A DNA stretch of 64,000 nucleotides from Rebecca billardiae RCC1528 (lineage: Eukaryota; Protista; Haptophyta): positions 310,001 to 374,000 of the forward strand of contig OZ251244.1 of the NCBI GenBank assembly GCA_965240325.2, read 5' to 3'. Position 1 is the first letter of the stretch. Each line of letters opens with the position of its first letter. Under the pieces are notes generated by a model, which worked only from the letters and a program-made list of their open reading frames with translations, made no database searches and was not told the origin of the DNA. Positions 10,844 to 20,000 of the stretch are shown piece by piece. The position numbers and the translations under genes are program-made.

Positions 10844-12338
10844 GGCTCCCCGCAACGAGCACGCACCGCGCGCACCGGCGGCACTATACCTCGCGGACAT
10901 GCCGCCCGAGGTCATCGAGCGCATACTCGCGGGCATGTCCGCGCTCCGCACACTGATGGCGGCCAACGCTACCTCTCGTATCTTCCGCGGCACGCCGGGC
11001 GGCCGCTCGCCGGTCGAGCACGCGCTGCGCGAGCGCGTGCGCGCGCGCGGGCACAAGCGCGCCCTTCCGGCCGCGCTGCCGCCCCACGTGTGCAGCTGGA
11101 CGTCCGAGCTGTTCGCTCGTGAGCGCGTGCTCCAGCTCGCGTGCACGCACCGCCATGTCGTCGCGTGCAGCCGCGCCGTGGCTCACGATTTCTTCCTGAC
11201 GAGCGCGTTTGTGGACGCAGAGGGCGGGCTGCACACGTGTGGCGAGTGGGAGGACGAGGGCAGCATGGGTCAGCCGACGGGGCAGTACCTCGCGCACATG
11301 GCACTGGGCCAAGGAGTCGGGGGCGAGTTTCTCGTGCCAACGCGTGTCGCCTCGCTCAGCGCAGTGCGCGTGGTCGCTGTGTCGGCTGGCAGTGAGCACC
11401 TGCTTGCGCTGAGCGAGGCCGGCGCCGTGTACGCGTGCTGCGACGACGACTTGTGCAACAACCTGGCGCTGGGCGCCCAGGCGCAGGGCCCAGGCAGGTT
11501 CGTGCCGGTGGACGCGCTGGACGCCGAGCGCGTCGTGTGCATCGCCGCTGGCTCAGTGCACAGCCTCGCGCTCACCGCTGCGGGCTGTGTGTACAGCTGG
11601 GGCCACAACGGCCGCGGCCAGCTCGGCCACGGCCACACGTACTCACGGCGAAAGCCGACGCGCATCGAGGCGCTGGATGGCGTGCGCGTGGGCGGTGTGG
11701 CGGCGGGCGGGGCACGCACGTTCGTGCTGTCCGTGCATGGCGCTGTCTACTCGTGCGGCGATGGCTCCAAGGGCCGTCTCGGCCACGGCAACTCTGGTGA
11801 TCGGCCCACGCCGAAGCGCATCGAGGCCCTTGCGGGCGTGCGCGCCGTGCACGTGAGCACGGGCGCTGTGCACAGCCTGGTGGTGGACTCTGAGGGAGGC
11901 GTGCACTCGTTCGGCTCAGGCGCTGGGGGCATGCTCGGGCATGGTGACCGCATGCCGCGTGAGCAGCCCACGCGCATCGAGGCGCTGGCGGGCGTGCGCG
12001 CAGTGAGTGCGTGTGCAGGCATTGGCTGCAGCGCTGTGCTGGGCGCGGAAGGCAGCCTGCACACGTTTGGGGACAACCAGGACGGTCAGCTCTGCGCGCC
12101 CGGCACTCCAGACCTATTGCTTCCGGTCCGTGTGCAGGCGTTCGAGCCAGCGCGTGTGCTGGACTGCGCTCTGTCGGACGTGCACGCGCTGTACGTCACA
12201 GCGGACGGGGCTGCGCACGCGTGCGGCATGGAGTCGGCAGCTCTCGGCCTCGGCATGAGCGCAGGTGACGTCGATGGCAATTATGCACTCGTCGACGATC
12301 CCGAGCGCATCGGCCAGCTGCCGCGCCTGAGGTGCTGA
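10842..12338 (+). CDS. F-box-like + RCC1-repeat protein, copy 3
   Basis: Paralogue starting MAPRNEHAPRAP at ATG 10842; RCC1 repeats. Confidence 0.85.
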   Translation: MAPRNEHAPRAPAALYLADMPPEVIERILAGMSALRTLMAANATSRIFRGTPGGRSPVEHALRERVRARGHKRALPAALPPHVCSWTSELFARERVLQLACTHRHVVACSRAVAHDFFLTSAFVDAEGGLHTCGEWEDEGSMGQPTGQYLAHMALGQGVGGEFLVPTRVASLSAVRVVAVSAGSEHLLALSEAGAVYACCDDDLCNNLALGAQAQGPGRFVPVDALDAERVVCIAAGSVHSLALTAAGCVYSWGHNGRGQLGHGHTYSRRKPTRIEALDGVRVGGVAAGGARTFVLSVHGAVYSCGDGSKGRLGHGNSGDRPTPKRIEALAGVRAVHVSTGAVHSLVVDSEGGVHSFGSGAGGMLGHGDRMPREQPTRIEALAGVRAVSACAGIGCSAVLGAEGSLHTFGDNQDGQLCAPGTPDLLLPVRVQAFEPARVLDCALSDVHALYVTADGAAHACGMESAALGLGMSAGDVDGNYALVDDPERIGQLPRLRC

Positions 12339-13225
12339 GCAGCTACGGCATGCTGACTATATTATATCAGTAATAATAATTTAATATATAATAAACATGC
12401 ATATATATATTAATATGCCGTGCGTACATATCATATGATGGCTGGGCGGTATAATTTAAAACTAGTACTGCCGTCTCAGGGACTAGCTGGTTATCACGAA
12501 CAGTCCGAGTCGGGCGCACCCGGGCGAGCTAGGCCGGAGACTCTGGCATGCTGTCCGCGTCGTCTGAATTCTGATCGGACATCGGTCATCGGACGCCCAG
12601 TCAGCTTCGGTCATTCCTCGCAGATTAGTGTCGGCGTCCTTCGTCGACAGGAGCGCGGATGTCGGGTGGGCACAGCGTGCACGCCATGCTCGGCGCTCGC
12701 CGCGATTCTCCTCTTGTGCGAGTGCGGACGTGCGCTAGTTGACGCCAATGCGGCGCGCAATGTTGAGGCAGAGGCAGACCGCCGCGCTCGTGAGCCTCTT
12801 GACGACGTGTCCGCGAATGCGGCAGGAGCGCCGAGTGTGGGCGCGCTGTCGGCGTGGGTCCTCGAGTACGACACCCGGCAACGGGTCGAGTGGGATGGAG
12901 ACGGTGGTCGCGGCTGCGGTACGCTTGGGCGAGGGGCTCATCCTTGCGGGTGCGGAGGTGCGGGCGGGGCGGGAGGGAGGGTCTCGTACTGGAAGGCGCG
13001 CCCGTTCGCGTCAAACCGCAGTAGCAATGGCGCAGTCTGCAGCCGGACCGTACCGGACCAACCCCTCCCCCGCTTGTCGGGGGGGGTGTCCGGGGCGTAG
13101 GTCCGGGTCTGCAGACTGAGCAATGGCGCCCTTCGCCGGATCCCCGCACCGATTGAGCAGTCCGGTGCGGGGATCCGGCGCGGAGCGCCGAGCGAGCCGG
13201 CCCGGAACGCTGCTCGCTTTGAACG

Positions 13226-16200
13226 ATGGTGGCGGCGGTGGACTGGGCCGACGCGCTGGCGAGCGGTGGCGGCACGCTGACGCTCACGGCGATCCGCTGC
13301 TCGCACCTGCGCCGCCGACCGAGGGGCCCGTCGGCGCCCGACCCGTACGTGCGCCTCGTCTGCGTCCCCGCGGCGCTGGCCGCGTCCGTAACGGCCGCCA
13401 ACGAGGCGCGCGGCGGCGGCGTGTGCTCGACCGTCCGGCCGGCGACGACGAGCCCCGAGTGGGGCGGCGAGCGGCTCGTGCTGCAGATCCCGGAGCCGGA
13501 CAAGCGCACCGGGCCGTGGGCCGTGCGCCTCGAGGTGTGGGACCAGGAGCCCGCCGACGCCCGCCGCTCGCTCGGCCACGTCTCCGACCTGCTGAGCGGC
13601 GCGGCGGGTGCAGGGATGAGCCGCCACCGCTGGATCGGCTCGGATGGCGCGTGGAGCGGGCAGGGGCTCGAGCTGTACCTGGAGGGCTCGAACACCACCG
13701 TCGAGCGCTACCAGACCGCCGTCGACTTCGCCTTCCAGCTCCTCCCCGCCACCGCGAGCTCGGCGGCGGTCGCATCGTCCGCGCGCGCTCTGACCGCAGC
13801 CGAGCGCGCCGCGGAGCTGGAGCAGGTGGAGGCGCGGCGGGCCGAGGCGGCGCGGGCGCAGCGGGAGCAGGCGGCGCGCGCGGACGCGGGGCCGCCGCCC
13901 GATCGCCTCGTGATCACGCGCCTCGAGTGCCACCACCTGCGCAACCGCGACATGGACCGCACCGCCTCCGCCTCCGCCCTCTCGGCCGGCGCCGCCGCGG
14001 CCGGCGCTGCAAGGGGCTCGGGCGCGCGCCGCGACGCGGCAGCGAGCGACCCGTTCGTGTGCGTGAGCGTGCCGGCGGCGGAGGGGCGCGTCGAGGCGCG
14101 GACGAGCGTGCTGCACAACCGCTCCAACCCGGTGTGGACCACGCCGCTCGTCATCACGCTCCCCGCCGAGCTGCCCGCGCTGAAGCTGAAGCAGCGCGAG
14201 AGCCGCTCGGCGGCCGCGGCCGCGCCCGATGCAGCAGCGGTGGGTGGCGGCGCGCTCGCGTCCGCGTCGGCGGGGGCCGCGCCCGTGTTCGCCTGGGCGG
14301 TGCCCGGCGTGTGCGTCGAGGTGTTCGACCACGACGAGGAGGACGCGGCGGCGGGCGACCACGCCAGCGCCGGCGTGCCGCTCGGCGTGCCCACCGCCGC
14401 GCGCCAGCCCGGAGTCCCCCCGGCCGGCGCGCAGCCCTTGGGGCGCGTGCGCGCACTCACGCTGTGGGCGCCGCCGCCGCTGCGCGCGGAGCCGACACCG
14501 CCGCAGCCGCCGCCGCAGCAGGCGGAGGCATCGGTGCAGCACGAGCTCGAGGGGAGCTCGGCAGAAGTGACGCGCGGCCTCACCAAGCTGAGCATGGCCT
14601 TCGTTCTGCTCCGACCGGGTGAGCCGATGCCTCCGCCGCCCGCCGCCGCGCCCGCCGCCGCGCCCGCCGCCGCGCCGCCGCCGCCGCCGCCGCCGCTCGG
14701 CCCGAACTGCTTCTTCGTGCGCACGCAGTCGCTGCACGTCGAGGGCATCGCCGCGCCGCTGCCGCCGTACGCGCAGGTGCTCATCCGCGTGCGCGCGTGG
14801 GGCGCGGCGGGGCCAGTCCTCAGCCCTCCAGTGCACCTCGCGCGCTCCGGCGCCGCGCGCGGCGGCGCGGGCGACAACACGCAAGTGCCTCCGCTGGTCG
14901 TGGATCCGGGCGCCGTGCTGCGCGCCGCGGCGATGGCGGAGGCGGAGGCGAGCGCCGCCGGCGCGTCCGCCGAGGCGCCGCGCTCGTCCCCGCCGCGCGG
15001 CGCGGCTGTGGGCGCGGGCCCAGCGCGGGGAACCGACGTCGCCCCACTAGCCGACGATGCGCGCGTGGTGTGCGCACGCAGCCCGCGCCCACAGCCACTG
15101 CTCCTGCGCAGCCGCGCCGCGCCCGCGCCCGCCGTGCGGGCGGCCACTGGCCGCAGGCGTGCGATGCTCCCTGCGCCGTGCGTGTTGCGCCACGTGCCTC
15201 CGCCGCGCGTGCCGCGCCGGCGGCGGGGGGGTCCAGGCGCGCCCGTCGCGCGCACGCCCCGCGCGCCCGCGCGGTGGCCCGCGCGCCGCCCAAACCGCCG
15301 CCCCCCGCCCGCCCGCACGCCGCCCGCTGCCTCGGTCTGCGCCCGCAGCTGCGCATCGAGGCGCTCGAGCCGCCGCCGCCCGGCTCGGCCGCATCGGCGG
15401 CGCAGTCCGCGCGCGTGCTCGCCAGCGGCGACCTCGAGCTCGTGGGGCTGGTCGCGGCGTCGGGTGGCACCGCAGAGGGCGAGGAGGAGGCGGAAGCGGC
15501 GGCCGGCGGCCGTGCTGCCGACGCGTCGCCCGGCGGCGGCAGCATGGCCGCCGCCGCCGGTGGCTCGGCCGGTGCACCGAGCGCCGCCGCCGCGCTGCCG
15601 CCGCCCGTGAGCACCCGCTTCGCCGTGCCGCTGCTCGACGCGCGCACCGGCGAGCGCGTCGGCTGGGCGCACGTGCGCATGCGCGGCCTCAGCGCCCTTG
15701 CCCGGCTTGCGGAGGCCACCGCGGTGTCGCTACCAGAGCTGCGCGCCGCGGTGCGCGCGGAGAGCGCCGGCGCCGACGCGGCGCGTGCCCTGCGGGAGCG
15801 CCGGCGCCAGGAGGCGGCCGCGGCGCAGGGCAAGCTGGACGCGCAGGCGCCGCGCGTGCGCGGCGCGGACGCTTCGAAGCGCGCCCTCGAGGCGAAGCTG
15901 CATGCACTCACCGACCCGAACAGCGCGCAGCTGCAGCTGCCGGCGCGCGGCGGCGGCGCGCGCGACGAGATCGCCGAGCTGCGTGCGCGGCACGCCGCCG
16001 CGCGCCGCGAGCACGCCGGCGCGGTCGAGCGCATCTCGCGCGTGCTCGGCGAGTGCGCGCAGCTCGAGGCTGAGATCGAGCGGCTCCGGCAAGAGGACGC
16101 GCGGCGCGTCGAGGCGCTCGTGGCGCGCCGCGCGGCGCCCACCAGCTTTGTCTACATCCGCACCTCGCACAGCGGGGCAGGGGCGAACGCGGCGGCTGGC

Positions 16201-16269
16201 GGTCGCGGTGCTGCGCGCAGTCGTGGCGCGGGTGCTGCCGATGCCCGCGCGGCGACGGTGCTCACGTGA
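13226..16269 (+). CDS. Multi-C2-domain protein with C-terminal coiled coil; probable intron 15068-15348
   Basis: Two C2 signatures (PDPYVRL...TTSPEW...LEVWDQE; SDPFVCV...NPVW...VEVFDHDE). A GT...CAG intron joins ORF 13226 to ORF 14797 at LRIEALE. Heptad-rich tail. Confidence 0.75.
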
Positions 16270-17159
16270 TGAGCGGGCGGCGGCGTGGAGTGCGTGACTC
16301 CTGAGGCTGATGAGGCGGCGCGCGCATGACGATGGCGATCGACAGTGCTGAGTGCATTGTGACTCGGACGCCGAGTCGTGCACTATGACGGACCGGACGC
16401 TCGTCAGTACCGCAGTACATACGTACGACTCGTTACCGGTAGCGTCGTCGTCACTACTAGGACGAGCGCGCATATATATCTTGATGTAGTGGTCCGCGCG
16501 GTCCGCGCCGAGCGCGCGAGTTACCAGTCTGGACGTGGCGGACACTCACTCACTAGACGATGGCGATCGCCGAGTAGTACCGCCGCGATGATACATATCG
16601 TCATCATCGGCAGGGTCGCCGGCCCGACGCAGGTCGTCCAGCGCGTCGTCAGCTAAGCAGCGCAGCAGCAGCAGATATCATCGTCGTCGTCATCGATCTG
16701 CTGATGCTGACGACGACGAGCCTGCACTTGCACTGACTTGCAGGCGCGCGCGGCGCCGGCCAGCTCACCGCGAGCAGGCACATCAGCTCTGTCAGCTGCC
16801 GCTGAGGCCGGCAGACTACATCACCGACACGCGATGTCGTGAAGTTATAACTCACTTAACTGAAATAACTCAGTCGCCGCCGCGAGTCGACTGTCTCGAC
16901 TGACGACTCGGCTGCGGGCATCAGAATCAGTAGTAACTAATCGGGCGCGCCGGGCGGCCTGATGGCAGCACTCAGCAGGCTTCCCACCAGACATACAGTG
17001 GCGGTAGTGACGACTGCTCTGACGATGAACTCGTCGTCGTGATGCGCGCGCGGCGGCAGCAGATGAGTCGCGCGAGTCGTCGCGTCAGACCATCAGCGTG
17101 CCCGTCGCACATCCAGGAGTTGCGTCCTGCCGCCCGGGGCGCGGATGCGGCATCGATCA

Positions 17160-19529
17160 CTAGAACGGGCGGCAGCGGAGATCCGCCTCCGGATCACCGC
17201 TGCTGAGCACGGTGGACTCGGCGATGTGCATCATCTCGAGCAGCTCGGTCTGGTGGTCGAGCGCGCTCTCCTCGAGAAGCTCCCACCAGCAGTGCATGGG
17301 CGTGCGGCACACGCGCTGGCCGCACAGCATGTTGGCTGTGACCGCGGTGTGAATCAGCTCGCGCGCCTCGCCAGCCGATGTGCCCGGCACCGGCGGCGGC
17401 AGCGGCGTGCGGCGCGAGCCGACGGCCGGCGGCGGCCTGGCCTTGGACGCGTCGATGTCCACGTCGGGCTCGCGGTCGGACGCGCACAGCCAGCCCACCG
17501 CGCGCAGGTAGATGGCCTGCGCGTGCGCCTGCGCGCCCGGCAGATCGACAGCCGCCGCGTCGGTCGTCGCCCGGCCGCCGCCGCCCGCGTCCATGACCTG
17601 CTGCGAAGCGAGCGCGAAGGCTTGCGAGGAGACGTTGGCGAGGACGCGGTCCCAGCCCGTCCCTGGCGGCTGTCCCTGGAGCATGGCGCTCGTGGCGTGC
17701 GCGTGCGCGACGCCGAGGCTGTCGGGACCGTCGCAGTCCGCCGCCAGCTTGAGCAGAGCCCACCGGCAAAGCCCGAAACGCGCCGCGCCGTGCCCAAGCG
17801 CGGCCGCGAGCGCGCGCGCGTCCGCGCGCTCGTAAGCGTGCGCGTCCGCGTCGGCGCGAACGACGGCGCCAAAGCCCGGCTTCTTCTTCCGCTCGGCCTT
17901 CGAAGGCCCGTCACGCGCCAGCCGGTCGCGCACGGTCGCGCACACGTCGAGCGCGGCCGACGGCTCCCCGCGCGCCGCGCCTCGGAGCGCCGCCGCCTCT
18001 GCAGCGGCGAGCGCGGCACGCCGCGGCACCTCTGCCACAGTGCGGAGGCAGCTGTCGAGCGCGTCGCGCACGGCCTTGGGCACGGGCTCGCCGAGGCGCG
18101 CGGACGCGCGCTCGAGCCGGCCGAGCACGCCCTCCACCTCGATGCCCGGCGGCACGTACCCGAGGCCGTTCAGCGCGATCGAAAGTGCATGCGCAGCCTT
18201 GAGGTTGCCCGCGTCCGCGCGCAGGGCGGCGTCAGCTGCGTCCGCGGCGGCGCGGTGGGCGCCGAGCCTGTTCGCGCAGATGGCGCGGTTGCACAGCAGC
18301 GTCGTGTCCGCCGGCGTGAAGTGCAGCGCCAGCGCGTACGCCTCCGCCGCGCCGGCGAAGTCCGCCCCGCCGAAGCGCGCGCGCCCGAGCGCGCGGAAGC
18401 GCGCGGCGGCGCACGCGCACCGCAGCGCGTGCCGCAGCGCGCGCGCGAGCTGACAGAGCGCGTACGCGCGGTGCTGGAGGAGCGCGGCGCAGAGCTCGAA
18501 GGTGCCGATGCGGGACGCGGCAAGACGCGCGTCGCTCACCGTCTGCGGCTCGAACACGTCGAGCGCCGACCAGATCCGGTCGGTGGGCTCGGACGCAAAC
18601 TGCTTGCAGTCGGACAGGAAGTCGACGGCCGCCCACGCGGCGCGCGCCGCGCCGTCGTCGCCCGCGCGCACGAGCACGTGCGCGTGCGTCGGGCGGAAGA
18701 GCAGCGCGCGGAGCAGCGCCTGCGCGTGCGGCACGAACCCGCGCGGGAGCTTCTCGCCGAGCCCGTCCACGAAATCCTCGCTGATGCTCTCCACCGTGAA
18801 CGGGCCGCCGTTGACGCGCGGGTTGCGCTCGAACGGTCGCGCGCGTGCAAGCGAGCGGTCGTTGGGCAGGGTGGCGCGCAGCAGCTCGGTGGTTGCGCGC
18901 AGCAGGTGGCGCGCGGGGAGGTCGGCGATGGCGCCGGGCTGCAGCGCGCGCAGCATGACCAGCTCCTTGGGCAGCCGCACGAACTCCCGCGCATGCACCG
19001 ACGCACGGCCCGGCTCGTGCGCGCGAGCGGCGGCCGTCAGATCGCAGCCCGCGAGCGCGACGGATGGTGTGTCGCACAGGGAGGCGAAGAGGAGCCCGGC
19101 GCGGGGCGGGATCGGCGGGGAGAGCTCGCGCAGAGTCGAGCCATGCTCGACGCCTGCCGCGCGCAGCGCGCCGACCACCTCGTCGGGGAGCAGCGCGTCG
19201 CTCGGCGCGGCGCCGAGCAGAGCGAGGCGGCGGAGACCGTCGGCGTGCGCGGCGTCGCGCGCCGCCGAGCACGTCGCGCCGAGCGCGAGGACGTCCCGCG
19301 CGTGCGGGAGTGATGCGAAGATCGCATCGCCGCCCGGCGTACCGAGCACGGCGTCGAGTGTCGCCACCGTCGCGCCGGCGCTCGCATCCGTCGGCGGCGG
19401 CGCGCGCGGGGGCGTCGGCGCGCGCGCAGACGCGCCTGGCTTGGTCGCCGCGGGCTCGGGAGTGCCGTACGTACCGCCACGCGGCGGCGAGTTCGCGAGC
19501 GTCTGGGCGGAGCCGAGGATCGCGGGCAT
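17160..19529 (-). CDS. TPR-containing protein, possible N-terminal F-box-like motif
   Basis: TPR segment RALGRARF...DFAGAAEAYALAL...LLCNRAIC...G.H.AA..AADAAL; DAIFASLP..RDVLALGATC near the N-terminus. Start placed at ATG 19529 because the ORF extension through the TA repeat is an artefact. Confidence 0.7.
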   Translation of the reverse strand: MPAILGSAQTLANSPPRGGTYGTPEPAATKPGASARAPTPPRAPPPTDASAGATVATLDAVLGTPGGDAIFASLPHARDVLALGATCSAARDAAHADGLRRLALLGAAPSDALLPDEVVGALRAAGVEHGSTLRELSPPIPPRAGLLFASLCDTPSVALAGCDLTAAARAHEPGRASVHAREFVRLPKELVMLRALQPGAIADLPARHLLRATTELLRATLPNDRSLARARPFERNPRVNGGPFTVESISEDFVDGLGEKLPRGFVPHAQALLRALLFRPTHAHVLVRAGDDGAARAAWAAVDFLSDCKQFASEPTDRIWSALDVFEPQTVSDARLAASRIGTFELCAALLQHRAYALCQLARALRHALRCACAAARFRALGRARFGGADFAGAAEAYALALHFTPADTTLLCNRAICANRLGAHRAAADAADAALRADAGNLKAAHALSIALNGLGYVPPGIEVEGVLGRLERASARLGEPVPKAVRDALDSCLRTVAEVPRRAALAAAEAAALRGAARGEPSAALDVCATVRDRLARDGPSKAERKKKPGFGAVVRADADAHAYERADARALAAALGHGAARFGLCRWALLKLAADCDGPDSLGVAHAHATSAMLQGQPPGTGWDRVLANVSSQAFALASQQVMDAGGGGRATTDAAAVDLPGAQAHAQAIYLRAVGWLCASDREPDVDIDASKARPPPAVGSRRTPLPPPVPGTSAGEARELIHTAVTANMLCGQRVCRTPMHCWWELLEESALDHQTELLEMMHIAESTVLSSGDPEADLRCRPF

Positions 19530-19780
19530 CGTTCCGACGGAGGGCTGGCTGAGGCGGCGAACGCGGGGGCGGCGAGGTTCAAGCCTCCCGCTGCGTGCTC
19601 TGTGCTGGTCGGCAGTCGGCACCGCGGCACGGAGAGCGTGACCAACCGTCATTCCGCTGTCGCGTGCGTGCCGTTCGAACGTGGTGATCAAGAGTCCCCG
19701 GACGCACCGAACCCGCCGTGAGATGAAGTAGGATCGGAACATCTGAAGTGACAATTCGTGTTCCCCATAAAATAACATCG

Positions 19781-19781
<1 letters not shown>

Positions 19782-19875
<94 letters not shown>
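19782..19875. repeat. (TA)n microsatellite
   Basis: Pure TA run. Confidence 0.95.
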
Positions 19876-19878
<3 letters not shown>

Positions 19879-20000
19879 GTCAACAGTAGTTGACTACAGT
19901 AGTGATGACTGATGAGAACAGACTATATGAGGACGATGATGCGACCACCTCACCGAGACCCCGACGATGACAATATTCATGCTGTCGTCAGATGTCGTGA

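Noticed and set aside
12420-13100. ORFs upstream of the C2 gene
   Set aside because: No recognisable domain, and the most coding-like frame has an internal stop.
17145-19313. Long antisense or alternate-frame ORFs (also 12938-14884, 50368-53532, 52274-55297, 23950-25686)
   Set aside because: Arg/Ala-rich shadow ORFs expected at very high GC; the opposite frame carries the recognisable domains.
19530-19883. N-terminal (YI)n extension of the 907-aa ORF, and the similar ORFs 57352-57894 and 2567-2845
   Set aside because: Artefact of reading through (TA)n microsatellites.
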